From Reclinomonas americana ATCC 50394 (lineage: Eukaryota), in the NCBI GenBank assembly GCA_048213135.1, contig PS015010.1, positions 62,001-126,000 of the forward strand: a stretch of DNA of 64,000 bases. The letters run 5' to 3'. The translations under genes and the position numbers were made by a program. Below are positions 49,384-60,800 of this stretch, piece after piece. Every line of letters begins with the position of its first letter. Within the stretch, counting starts at the first letter, position 1. The notes under the pieces are model-generated. The model did no database searches. It worked only from the letters and a program-made list of their open reading frames with translations, and was not told the DNA's origin.

Positions 49384-51111
49384 ATGCGACAGATCTTCCT
49401 CTTCCTCTTCCTCATTTTTTTTACCGCAACGTTGCAGGTACGTTCCGCTTTTGCCGATACTACCCGCCCTGTTCTGAATGATGAACAAAAGCAAACGCTT
49501 TTTTATACAGGCAAACTCTGGGGTTTCCTGAAGTACTATCACCCCGCCGTAGCATCGGGCAAATACAACTGGGACGAAGAACTGGTGAAAATGATCCCCC
49601 GCTGTCTTGCCGTAAAGAGCCGTACAGAAAGGGATACGCTGCTCCTGAACTGGGTAACGGGTTTGGGAGAAGTGCCGGCTTGTACCACCTGTAACGACAG
49701 TGCACTTATCACCGCCAGGTTGCGGCCCGTCTTCGGGTGGATGAGCGATGGCTTTTTCCCGAAGGAGCTTTCCCAAAAACTGCAGTTCATCATAACCAAC
49801 AGGAAACAGGGAGAGAGTTACTACATGAAGTTCGTGGCGCAGGATGGTATAGAGCTGCCACTGGCGCAGCATGAAGCTACCTATGGCGGGATGCGGTTTC
49901 CGGCTTATGAATACCGGCTGCTGGCGCTGTTCCGCTTCTGGAATGTGATCGAGTACTGGTATCCCTACAAATATGGCCCGGCCGGCGATTGGGATGGTAA
50001 ACTGCGTATGTTTATGGAAGGCGTAGCTGCACAAAACAATGCCAGGGATTATGCCTCTGCCATACAAACCTGGGTGGTGAGTTTGCAGGACGGGCACGGA
50101 CAGGTACGGTCTGCCGCAACCGAAGAAATGGCCGGCAATAATTATATGCCCTTTACCATAAGGATGATAGAGAAACAGGCCGTCATCACTTCCATCACCA
50201 ACGATACGCTGGCCCTTACAAGCAGACTGCAAAAGGGCGATATAATAACCGGTATCGATGGCAGGAGTGTAGCCGGCATCGTTGACTCCCTGCGAATGTA
50301 TACGCCAGCATCTAATGAAGGTGATTTTTTACGCAAGATGAGTTACTGCCTCACCCGTACAACGGCAGCGCAGGTTCAGTTAGCAATAAAAAGACAGGAG
50401 AAGTTATTCAGTATATCGGTGAATACGTACAAAGTACTTAACCGCTCAAGCCTGGAACCCGATCCGCCGCTGTTTGCACCGCAGAAAAATACAACCGGTT
50501 TTTTTATGGTGAAGAATTCCATTGGTTATATCAACATGGGAGAGCTGGATCGTAAAGACAGCCTTGCCCTCAAACAGATGATCACCGCAAGCCGCGGCCT
50601 CATCATCGACAACCGCCAGAATGCCGACGAAAGCAATGGAACAGGCGCCGCCGATATTGTTGCAGAACTCATACTGCCCGAAGGAGGAAAATACGTAAGG
50701 TTCGGTTCCGCCACATCTGCTTACCCTGGTGTATTCCGTACAACGCCACCACAGGATATGGGCATTACAGGCAATGGCAAAGGCTATCCCCATAAGATCG
50801 CCATCCTTACCGATAACGGCACCATCAGCGTAGGTGAATTTATGACCATGATCTTCCAGCATGCACCGAAGGCCGTAACCGTAGGAACCACTACCGCCGG
50901 TGCCGATGGCAATGTAACCTATTTAATGTTGCCCGGCTCAGTATGGGTACAATTCACCGGCCTGGGAGTTTATTATTTAGATGGAAAAGAAACGCAGCGT
51001 GCAGGTCTTGTTCCCAACATCAGTGTTACGCCAACAGTAGAAGGGTTCAGGCAGGGGAGGGATGAGGTGCTGGAAGCAGCGGTGAAACAGGTGGGGTCAA
51101 TTACGAATTAG
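49384..51111 (+). CDS. S41 family peptidase with PDZ-like domain
   Basis: Signal peptide; LWGFLKYYHP, IGYINMG, GLIIDNR, TISVGE (Ser), TAGADGNV. Confidence 0.9.
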   Translation: MRQIFLFLFLIFFTATLQVRSAFADTTRPVLNDEQKQTLFYTGKLWGFLKYYHPAVASGKYNWDEELVKMIPRCLAVKSRTERDTLLLNWVTGLGEVPACTTCNDSALITARLRPVFGWMSDGFFPKELSQKLQFIITNRKQGESYYMKFVAQDGIELPLAQHEATYGGMRFPAYEYRLLALFRFWNVIEYWYPYKYGPAGDWDGKLRMFMEGVAAQNNARDYASAIQTWVVSLQDGHGQVRSAATEEMAGNNYMPFTIRMIEKQAVITSITNDTLALTSRLQKGDIITGIDGRSVAGIVDSLRMYTPASNEGDFLRKMSYCLTRTTAAQVQLAIKRQEKLFSISVNTYKVLNRSSLEPDPPLFAPQKNTTGFFMVKNSIGYINMGELDRKDSLALKQMITASRGLIIDNRQNADESNGTGAADIVAELILPEGGKYVRFGSATSAYPGVFRTTPPQDMGITGNGKGYPHKIAILTDNGTISVGEFMTMIFQHAPKAVTVGTTTAGADGNVTYLMLPGSVWVQFTGLGVYYLDGKETQRAGLVPNISVTPTVEGFRQGRDEVLEAAVKQVGSITN

Positions 51112-51135
51112 GAATGATGAATTACGAATTACGCC

Positions 51136-51167
51136 GCCGCTGCCTGGTGTCATCACCAGCAGCGTTT
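51136..51167 (+). repeat. REP-like palindrome (other copies 51651-51682, 52844-52877 inverted, 52999-53025 inverted)
   Basis: GCCGCTGCCTGGTGTCATCACCAGCAGCGTTT with CTGGTG/CACCAG hairpin. Confidence 0.85.
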
Positions 51168-51209
51168 AGATGCCATGCTGCCGCTCATGGCGAAAGTGTC
51201 ATCTTGCTT

Positions 51210-51632
51210 TTACGGTTCTAACAGGTTTGTGGTCTCTATAATTTGTAAAGTGTCAAATTGATCGGTTGTTATCGCACCTCTCTTTAAAAGCCGTTCTTTA
51301 AAACTGTCTGTAAGTTGTACAACAAAAACATCATACCCATAAACTTGCCCGATCTCATATATTAACCTGATTAGTTTTTTCCCAATTCCTTTATGATCCA
51401 ATAAAGGAGGCATCATAATATTTGGAATATAAATTTGTTGGAAATCATTATGAACTCCGGCGCTGAGAATACAATATCTTTCATCTTTTTTAGTTTTGGA
51501 AAACGCATAAATCTCTATTGTCTCATTTATAAAACTTTCATAAGTATAGCTTTCACTATAATTATCAGTTAAAACACCAACTGCAATATCAGCAATTGCG
51601 TTTTCAATTTTTGGGAGACCCTCTTTTTTCAT
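51210..51632 (-). CDS. AT-rich hypothetical protein, possibly GNAT-like
   Basis: 140 aa; HKGIGKKLI resembles GNAT motif A; visibly more AT-rich than flanking genes. Confidence 0.65.
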   Translation of the reverse strand: MKKEGLPKIENAIADIAVGVLTDNYSESYTYESFINETIEIYAFSKTKKDERYCILSAGVHNDFQQIYIPNIMMPPLLDHKGIGKKLIRLIYEIGQVYGYDVFVVQLTDSFKERLLKRGAITTDQFDTLQIIETTNLLEP

Positions 51633-51681
51633 ATCTGTAAACTTTCTTTTCGCCGCAGCATGGTGTTATCACCTGTACGTT

Positions 51682-52230
51682 TTAGAATAACCCCCGTTTA
51701 TTAAACCGCGCCCAGTATTGCCAGTGCTCATTCAAAATAGTGTCCTTAACAGGATATTCCCGGTGTTGAAAACTACCTTTTTTAGGATAGTAAGACAGGT
51801 TTTCTTCCACATCAACCAGCGCTGTTTTCGAAAGCCTGTTCCTGATGCTGATCTTAATGGAGCTGTCGGTGTAAACCGTAAACCCTGTAACAAAATCATT
51901 TCCAAGCGTGGCGAACCAGCGGTCAATTTGCGGAGCTATATCTGCCGGTAATTGTTTGTGCACGTCCGATGCATCCGAACCCGGCATGTATTTATAAGAC
52001 TTGTAGGCGTCGTCATCTTTAATATTCTGCCTGAAGAAAGTATACTTCTCCAGTATCGCCGAAGCCAGGCTGTCATATACCGGGAGTTTTTGAATAACGG
52101 TGGTGTCAAACTTGTATTTTTCATACACATCTGATACCTCGGGGGATTCAAGGGAATGGCAGCTGAAAAGTATGGACAGAATACCTAAAGGGAGTAAGTG
52201 TTTCCAAAGATGTTGATGTGTGATATGCAT
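51682..52230 (-). CDS. Hypothetical lipoprotein
   Basis: LLPLGILSILFSC lipobox-like signal; 182 aa. Confidence 0.7.
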   Translation of the reverse strand: MHITHQHLWKHLLPLGILSILFSCHSLESPEVSDVYEKYKFDTTVIQKLPVYDSLASAILEKYTFFRQNIKDDDAYKSYKYMPGSDASDVHKQLPADIAPQIDRWFATLGNDFVTGFTVYTDSSIKISIRNRLSKTALVDVEENLSYYPKKGSFQHREYPVKDTILNEHWQYWARFNKRGLF

Positions 52231-52403
52231 TTGATCGGGTTGTATGGATCCTTGCTGCTAACGTGCTGGCAATACTGCGTTGGCGGAATTTATAAATGAT
52301 AATTACCAATTATCAATGCGCTGGCTCAATCAGGCTGTATGCTAATCGTCTTTTTCCTTCCCTGGCGTAAGTATTCCACCCCCGACGGGCCACTTGTGCC
52401 AAT

Positions 52404-52481
52404 CAATTCCACCGAACTGTGCCCCGGTTACCCCATCCTCTGGTAAAAGGTATAAAAAATGGCTGGCAATAACACCAACCA
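52404..52481. repeat. ~78 bp direct repeat, copy 1
   Basis: Matches 52880-52958; last 31 nt identical. Confidence 0.9.
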
Positions 52482-52521
52482 TCTCAGTAACTATTTCAAC
52501 CGCCGCACAGCTCTCCTTATT

Positions 52522-52830
52522 TTACTTTGCTTGCTTCGCTTCAGTAAATGCCGAAGGCAACAGCTCTATATTATGTTTGCCGGCCACCTTTATTAATATC
52601 GGCATTATTATAGAGGCTCCGGGTATCAATACAAAGGGAATCCCTATACCGACAATTTTTAACGAGTCCATTAGCTGCGTCTTTACAATATGCTCTTCTT
52701 CTTCGCTTATTTTACCTTCGGTAAGATATTTCCTGATAATTCCAACGGCCTCTTTATCGCCGGTGTATTCTGTTTTCATCTCTTGCAGGAAATGATGGGC
52801 ATGGTTTTCAATAATAGTTTCTATTTGCAT
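52522..52830 (-). CDS. Small protein resembling the C-terminus of LETM1-related proteins
   Basis: QLMDSLK...IPGASIIMPILIK...LLPSAF; start placed at MQIETI because the upstream extension is repeat DNA. Confidence 0.6.
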   Translation of the reverse strand: MQIETIIENHAHHFLQEMKTEYTGDKEAVGIIRKYLTEGKISEEEEHIVKTQLMDSLKIVGIGIPFVLIPGASIIMPILIKVAGKHNIELLPSAFTEAKQAK

Positions 52831-52879
52831 GGTGCAGTATTTTAAAAACGCTTCTGGTGATGACACCAGGCAGCGGCAG

Positions 52880-52958
52880 CAATTCTACCGGACTATGTCC
52901 CCGTTACCCCCATCCTCCGGTAAAAGATATAAAAAATGGCTGGCAATAACACCAACCA
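52880..52958. repeat. ~78 bp direct repeat, copy 2
   Basis: Matches 52404-52481. Confidence 0.9.
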
Positions 52959-52967
52959 CTAAAAACG

Positions 52968-52998
52968 NNNNNNNNNNNNNNNNNNNNNNNNNNNNNNN
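52968..52998. other. Assembly gap (31 N) inside a REP-like copy
   Basis: N run between AAAAACG and CTGCTGGCGATGGCACCAGG. Confidence 0.98.
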
Positions 52999-53066
52999 CT
53001 GCTGGCGATGGCACCAGGCAGCGGCAATATCTCAATTCCTAATTCGTAATTAGTAATTCGTAATTA

Positions 53067-54056
53067 TCAGTACGCCCACTTAATCCAGCTTGCCCCCCAG
53101 GTAAACCCTCCACCAAAAGCGGCGAGTATGATGTTGTCGCCCTTTTTCAGTTGACTTTCCCATTCCCACAGGCAAAGGGGTATAGTACCGGCAGTGGTGT
53201 TGCCGTACTTCTGTATGTTGATCATTACTTTTTCGCGGGGCAGGCCCATGCGGTTGGCCGTAGCGTCTATAATGCGCAGGTTGGCCTGGTGGGGGGTAAG
53301 CCAGGCAATATCATCGGCGGTGAGGTTATTGCGCTGCATCAGTTCGTAGCCCACGTCGGCCATGCCTTTTACCGCGAATTTGAACACCGTTTGGCCTTCC
53401 TGGTATACGTAGTGTTCTTTAGCCAGTACCGTCTCCACGGTGGCGGGTTTGGCCGATCCGCCTGCCTTCATGTGCAGGAAATCCCTTCCGCTGCCATCGC
53501 TCCTGAGGATGCTGTCGAGTACGCCGTTACCTTCTTCATTGGGTTCCAGCAATACGGCCCCGGCGCCATCGCCAAAGATGATACAGGTGCTGCGGTCGCT
53601 GTAATCGATGATGCTGCTCATTTTATCCACACCCACTACCACCACTTTTTTGTAGCGGCCGCTTTCCACAAAGGCGGCACCGGTGGTAAGGGCGTATAAA
53701 AAACCGGAGCAGGCGGCCCCTATGTCGAAGCTGAACGCGTTAACGGCGCCCACTTTATCGGAAATAATATTGGCGGTGGCGGGAAATACCATATCGGGGG
53801 TAACGGTGGCGCAGATCAGGCAGTCGATCTCCTCCGGGCTAATGCCCCTTTTGCGGCAAAGCTCCTGTACAGCCGGGGCGGCAATATCGCTGCTGCCCAG
53901 TCCTTCTCCCTTCAGTATCCTCCTTTCTTCTATCCCGGTGCGGGTACGTATCCATTCGTCGTTGGTATCTACCATGGTCTCCAGTTCCTTATTGGTAAGC
54001 CGGTATTCTGGCACATAACCCCCAACGGCGGTTATGGCGGCAGTCATTTTTTGCAT
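53067..54056 (-). CDS. fabH: Beta-ketoacyl-ACP synthase III
   Basis: [16 protein letters not shown] (Cys), [21 protein letters not shown]. Confidence 0.96.
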   Translation of the reverse strand: MQKMTAAITAVGGYVPEYRLTNKELETMVDTNDEWIRTRTGIEERRILKGEGLGSSDIAAPAVQELCRKRGISPEEIDCLICATVTPDMVFPATANIISDKVGAVNAFSFDIGAACSGFLYALTTGAAFVESGRYKKVVVVGVDKMSSIIDYSDRSTCIIFGDGAGAVLLEPNEEGNGVLDSILRSDGSGRDFLHMKAGGSAKPATVETVLAKEHYVYQEGQTVFKFAVKGMADVGYELMQRNNLTADDIAWLTPHQANLRIIDATANRMGLPREKVMINIQKYGNTTAGTIPLCLWEWESQLKKGDNIILAAFGGGFTWGASWIKWAY

Positions 54057-54190
54057 GAAATTCGGTATTAAGCTGATTCTATTTTGGTTAGTGGCGTTTA
54101 AGCGGTAAAAATACGTAAAAAAGCTTACGGTTATTTTTAACAACCCGGGTGGCAAAATATCCTTATTTTCGCTAATGACAGGAACTGCTT

Positions 54191-54775
54191 ATGTACGCAT
54201 ATCTGCAAGGAAAATTCACATATAAGAGCCCGGCGCTGATCTATATAGATGTAAACGGGGTGGGCTACGAGGTGAATATCAGTCTGAATACTTATTCGCA
54301 AATCCAGTCACAAACAGAAGGCAAGTTGTTTATCCATCTCCAGGTAAAGGAGGACGGACATACCCTGTACGGCTTTGGGGAGAAGGAGGAAAAGGACATT
54401 TTTCTCGCTCTCACCAGTGTTTCGGGGGTTGGTGCAGCTACGGCAAGGATGATGTTGTCCAGCATGAAACCCGACGAGGTAAGCCGGGCCATATCGCAAG
54501 GCAACGTAAAGCAACTTGAAAGTGTCAAGGGAATAGGAAAGAAAACGGCCGAAAGGCTGGTACTGGAACTCCGCGATAAAATGGGCAAGCTGCCGTTGGA
54601 AGGTGGCGCCACCCATATCCCGGGTAACAGTATGGAACAAGACGCCCTCAATGCCCTGGTAGCGCTGGGAATATCCCGGTCGCAGGCAGAGCAGGCCATC
54701 CAGAAGATTATCCGTGTTGAACCAAACATATCGCAATTAGAAGATCTGATTAAAAAAGCCTTAAAAGCCATTTGA
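54191..54775 (+). CDS. ruvA: Holliday junction branch migration protein RuvA
   Basis: GVGYEV, VKED...LYGF, VSGVGA, VKGIGKKTAERL, ALVALG. Confidence 0.96.
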   Translation: MYAYLQGKFTYKSPALIYIDVNGVGYEVNISLNTYSQIQSQTEGKLFIHLQVKEDGHTLYGFGEKEEKDIFLALTSVSGVGAATARMMLSSMKPDEVSRAISQGNVKQLESVKGIGKKTAERLVLELRDKMGKLPLEGGATHIPGNSMEQDALNALVALGISRSQAEQAIQKIIRVEPNISQLEDLIKKALKAI

Positions 54776-54803
54776 AACAACGCTACGTTAACTGATTTAC
54801 CGG

Positions 54804-57800
54804 ATGTCGCTTATTAGAGAAAAACACTCAAGACTAATTGCCTGTTTTGCATTGGTGGTAGCGTTACTGCTGTTTGGTGCAAATCATGCTTCGGCCTACC
54901 CCTATGATAATGATGATAATACACATCATTTTAAGGCTGATACTGTCCCCACGCCCCTGCATTACCCCATCCGCGACAGGAGGGGAGATGATCTTTCCAA
55001 CCCGGGCCGAAACTCTTTCGACCTGAAGGACCCTGCCAATATCAGGGACTCTGTTGTATACGATCCCGTAACCAAACGCTATATTCTTTACGAAAAAATA
55101 GGCACCCGTTATTACCGTACCACCACGTCGTACAGCTTCGAGGAGTACTGGCAACTGAGGGGCCGCAGGGCAGAGCAGGAGTATTTCAGGAAAAGGTCCA
55201 ACACACTCAATGTACTCAACCGGGGAAGGGTAAAACCCAAACTCTCGCTGTACGATAATCTCTTCAACCGTCTTTTTGGTAACGGAAAGGTTAGCATTAC
55301 CCCGCAGGGCTATGTAGACCTTACGGCCGGTTACCAGGGGCAGAATATCAAAAACCCCACGCTTCCGGAAAATGCCCGGAAAAATGGCGGTTTTGATTTT
55401 GATATGAATGCTCAGCTGAATGTGGATGCGAACATCGGCGATAAACTGAAGTTTCCTATTAATTATAATACACTCGCCAACTTCGGACAGGATAACCAGT
55501 TGAAACTGGACTATACCGGTATGGATGATGAGATCATCAAACGCTTTGAACTGGGTAACGTGGCTTTCCCTTCACGCAGTACCCTTATACCGGGTGCGCA
55601 GCAACTGTTTGGTGTTAAAACCCAGCTGCAGTTTGGTAAACTGTTCATCACCGGCGTACTGGCCAACCAGAAATCGCAAAGGCAGAATACTACCGCACAG
55701 GGCGGAACGGCTTCACAACCTTTTGAGGTAAAGGCCGATGAATATGAAGAAAACCGTCACTTCCTGCTGGCCCAGTATTTCAGGGCCAACTATAATAAAG
55801 TGATGGGCACGTTGCCTGCCAACAAATCACCCATACAGATCCTCCGCCTTGAAGTATGGGTAACCAACAGGAACGGTACCACCACCGATACCCGCGACGT
55901 AGTGGGCCTTACCAACCTGGGCGAAGCGGGTACGTATGACAATCCGCAGGTACCTACCAACGGCAGCAATACACTGTATTCCGATATCATTTCCAACCCG
56001 CTCAACAGGAACTCATCACTGGTATTCAATAACCTGGTAACACAGCAGGGCCTGGTGCCGGTACAGGATTTTGAAAAAACATTCGCCCGCAAACTGGATT
56101 CCACCCAATATACTTTTAACAAATACGCCGGCTTCATCTCACTGAGCCAGCCGCTGCAGACCGACGAAGTATTGGGTGTGGCGTACCAGTATTCCTACAA
56201 TGGTAAAATATTTCAGGTGGGTGAATTTTCACAGGACCTGCCACCCGACAGTGCTTCAGCCAACCAGAAGATCATCTTCCTGAAATTGCTGAAAGCTACG
56301 TCGCAAAGGCCATCACTGCCCATCTGGCGACTGATGCTGAAGAACGTGTACGCGGTAGGATATGGTACCTTAACACCAACCGATTTTAAACTGGATGTAT
56401 TGTACCAGGAACCCGGGCTGGGCTGGAAACGCTATGTACCTTTCGGTAACAAAAACTCAGGCTTCCCGATCATTTCCCTCATTAATGTAGACCGGCTCAA
56501 TAACCAGCTCGATCCGCAGCCTGATGGGGTGTTCGATTATGTGGAAGGTTATACGGTATTCTCACAATACAGCCGGGTCATGTTCCCGGTACTGGAACCT
56601 TTCGGGCGGGACCTTGCCGCCAGTATCTTTACCGATACGTCTACCGTTCCCAATATTAAAGACACCCTGTTCTACGCCCTGTATGATTCTATTAAAGCAG
56701 TGGCGCAGCAATACCCCAACCTTAACCGTTATGTGCTGAAAGGAACGGCCAAGGTATCCGGCTCCGCAGATATCAGCATCGGCTATAACGTTCCTCGTGG
56801 GTCCGTAACCGTTACCGCAGGAGGACGTGTATTGCAGGAAGGACTGGATTACGAGATCAACTACGACCTGGGTACACTTAAAATAATTAACTCGGCCATC
56901 ATCAACTCCGGCATACCTGTGCAGGTGAGTTCGGAAAGTAATGCCTCCTTTGGCCTGCAGCAAAGAAACTACATGGGGCTGCGCTGGGATTATATGGCTA
57001 AGAATACTGCCAAACAACAACTCACATTCGGTGGTACCATTGTGCGGTTGGGCGAACGGCCTTTCTTCAGTAAGGTAAGTTATGACAACAGTCCCACCGG
57101 CGGTACCAATGAACCCATCCGCAATACCATGTACGGACTGGATGTGAACTACCGTAAAGACCTGCCCAGGCTCACCAAACTGCTCGATAAACTGCCGTTC
57201 TATAAAACAGTAGCCCCATCGGGTATCAATGTATTTGCCGAAGGCGCTTACCTGAAACCCGGGCATGCGCCGCAGATCGGCCGTGGTTCCAAAGGTGTGA
57301 TCAATATCGACGATTTTGAAGGAACACAGTCGGGCCTCGATCTCCGCTTCCCGCCCATCAGCTGGGCACTGGCTTCTGTACCGCAGGGTGCTACCGATGA
57401 AAATGGCAACCCGTTGTTCCCCGAAGCCGGGCTGAATGATAATATTGATGCCGGTAAGAACAGGGCTTCCCTTTCCTGGTACCAGATAGAACCTACACTG
57501 CAGCAACTGCGCAGTGCGAACAACCCTATTACCGACAGGGATGTACTCAGCGATCCGCGTATGCGCCAGGTATACCAGAAAGAAATCTTCCCCCAAAGGA
57601 CTACCGGCTTTGGAGAAAGTCAGCTCATCACATTTGACCTGGCTTATTATCCAACAGACCGCGGTCCTTATAACTATGATGCCTCATCATTGAATGTGGC
57701 GCCCAACGGTAAACTGCGTAATCCCCGCCAGCGCTGGGGAGGTTTGATGCGCAGCATCGACCAGCCCGATTTTGAAACGGCCAATATCGAGTTCATCGAA

Positions 57801-60800
57801 TTCTGGCTGCAGGATCCGTTCATTGAAAAAACCAACCCTGCCGGCGGTAAACTCTATTTTAACCTCGGTAATATTTCGGAAGATGTACTTAAAGACGGTA
57901 AACGTTTTTATGAAAACGGTCTTCCCACACCCAACGCCCCCGCGCCGGTAGAGAACTCCAACTGGGGCAGGGTACCACTGAACCCGATACAGGTAACCAA
58001 CGCGTTCAGTAATGACCCCAACGACAGGGAATACCAGGATCTTGGTTTTGATGGTCTGAGCGATACCGCTGAGGCGAATAAACAAGCGGCCTACCTGGCA
58101 CAGCTCGCTGCTACAGTAGGTACAAGTTCACCTGCTTACCAGGCAGCGCTGAATGATCCGTCAAGCGATAACTACCACCATTACCGTGGCGATGATTACG
58201 ACCAGCAGGGGCTGAACATCCTGGACCGTTACAAAAAATTCAACAATCCGCAGGGTAACTCGCCCATTGCTTCGGCAAGTTCAAGTTATTCCACCGCGGC
58301 TACTTTATATCCCGACGCTGAAGACCTGAACAAGGACAATACGCTGAACCAGACGGAAGAATACTTCCAGTACATTGTAGATCTGAAACCGAGCACCGAT
58401 CCTAATATGAGTATCGGTACCAACTATATTGTAGATAAGAAAGTGGTGCCCGTTAACCTGGTGAACAATACCCAGCGTAACGAAACCTGGTACCAGTTCC
58501 GCATACCACTGAGCGAATACAAATATAAATTCGGTTCTATCCCCGATTTTAAATCGATCCGTTTCATCAGGATGTACCTCACCGACTTCCAGGACAGCGT
58601 GGTACTGCGTTTTGGCGAACTGCAGCTGACCAGGAACGTGTGGAGGAAATGGAAATACAAGATTGATACCACCGGTGTTTACAACCAGATCACCACCACC
58701 GGAACCACCTTCAACCAGGGTGCGGTGAACATTGAAGAAAATGATAAACGTACGCCGCTGCCTTACCGCACGCCTACGGAAATTGAAAGGATACAAACAC
58801 TGAGCAACAACGGTGTTAACCTGCTGCAGAACGAACAAAGTATGAGCCTGCAGGTGTGCAACCTGGTAGAGGGAGATGCCCGTGGCGTATTCCAGACCTT
58901 TGCCAACCGTGATCTTCGCCAGTTCCGTAAATTGTCGATGTATATTCACGCGGAACAAAAACAAGGTACAAGTACCATACTCGACCGGACAATGACGGCC
59001 GTGGTGAGGATGGGTACGGATTTCGTGAACAACTATTACGAGATCAGGATACCGCTTATTATGACAGGCCTCAATGCCGGAACACTTGATCCCAACTCCA
59101 CTACTTATAATGATACGTTGTGGAATCCGAATAACTCGCTTGATGTGGACCTGCAATCGCTCGTGCGGTTGAAGATGAACCGCAATGCAGATATCAACGC
59201 TTCGCCAACGAAGATATACCGGCAGGCCCCGCTTGCTAACGGTCACGTGTACTCGGTAATGGGCAGTCCCAACCTGGCGGAGATCAGGGGCATCCTGATC
59301 GGTATAGAAAATACCAGCGCGGAAACCCCCTGTGCCGAAGTATGGGTGAATGAATTGCGGCTTTCTTCTTTGGATGAAAAAGGCGGCTGGGCCGCACTGG
59401 GCAGGGTAGACCTTACCCTTGCTGACCTGGGTACGATATCGGTCTCTGCCAATACGCACAGCAGTGGTTTTGGTACCCTGGAGCAAAGGGCGAATGACCG
59501 CTACCGCGATAACTTCCTGCAATTTGATGTGTCGGCCAACCTGGAACTGGGTAAACTGCTGCCTAAGAAAGCGGCCCTTTCCATACCAGTGTTTGCCAGC
59601 TATTCACAAAGTGTAAGTACGCCTGAATACGATCCTTACGACCAGGATGTGAAACTGAAAGACAAACTGAGGGCGGCGCCATCATCGCAACGGGATTCCA
59701 TCAAAAAAGATGCGATCGACTTTACGTCTACCACAACGGTGAACTTTACCAATGTGCGTAAGAACCGTACCAGCACCAAGAAACCTAAGATATACGACAT
59801 CTCCAACTTTGACGTGAGTTACTCTTATCTCAAGATCAAGAGCCATAACCCGCTGATCGAAAGCAACGAGGTTACCCGTAACCGGTATGCGCTGGGATAT
59901 AATTTTGCACCGCAACCGAAATACATTGAACCGTTCAAACGGATGTTCCGTAAAACGAAACACCACTGGTTCGACCTGGTGAAGGATTTCAATTTCAACC
60001 TGATACCGTCACAACTTAGTTTCAGGGCAGATGTGAACCGTCAGTTCGGCGCCATCAGGCCACGGACCATTGGAGCTTCCAAGTACTCCATCCCTGAAAC
60101 CTATGATAAGTACTTTACTTTCCAACGTGACTATATCCTGCGCTGGAACCTTACCCGTTCGCTGGCATTCGATCTGACAGCTACCAACAACTCAAGGATC
60201 GATGAACCCGCAGGACGACTGGATACCAAAGCGAAGAAAGATACCGTTTGGAGGAATTTCGCCAAAGGCGGAAGGAACACTTTGTATACACAGGTGGTTA
60301 ACTTCAACTATACACTGCCTACGGCCAAGTTCCCGCTCATTGACTGGACAACAGCCAATGTACGTTACCAGGCCACTTACCGCTGGATAGGCGCTTCACG
60401 CCTGGCAGTTGAACTGGGTAATATACTCGAGAACGGCCAGCAGAAGGAAGCCACACTCCAGCTCGATTTCAACAGGCTGTACCAGAAATCGAAATTCCTG
60501 CGCCAGCTTGACCAGACTTCGAATAAGGCTGACCGCGAGAAATGGCGCAACAGGATTACCCGCGTAAAAGACACCATCATTACCAAAACAGGTAAGAAAG
60601 TGGTGAAAAGGCGTAAGATTGTGGATCAAACCGCAGTGCCTTATGTAAGCGGACTGGCCAAAGTGGTAGGCAAACTTTTTACCAGCATTAAAGAAGTGAA
60701 CATAACACTTTCTGAAAATGCGAACACCCGGCTGCCGGGCTACATGGACAGCACCAAGTACCTGGGCCAGAATTTCAACAGTATGGCGCCGGGCTTCGAC

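Noticed and set aside
52394-53053. Two + strand ORFs sharing SSGKRYKKWLAITPT
   Set aside because: The shared peptide is just the 78-bp direct repeat; one ORF is antisense to a better ORF and the other crosses the N gap.
51099-53066. CRISPR array or complete integron
   Set aside because: Repeats have mixed orientation and irregular, gene-sized spacing; no cas or intI gene in the window; no complete attC hairpin visible.
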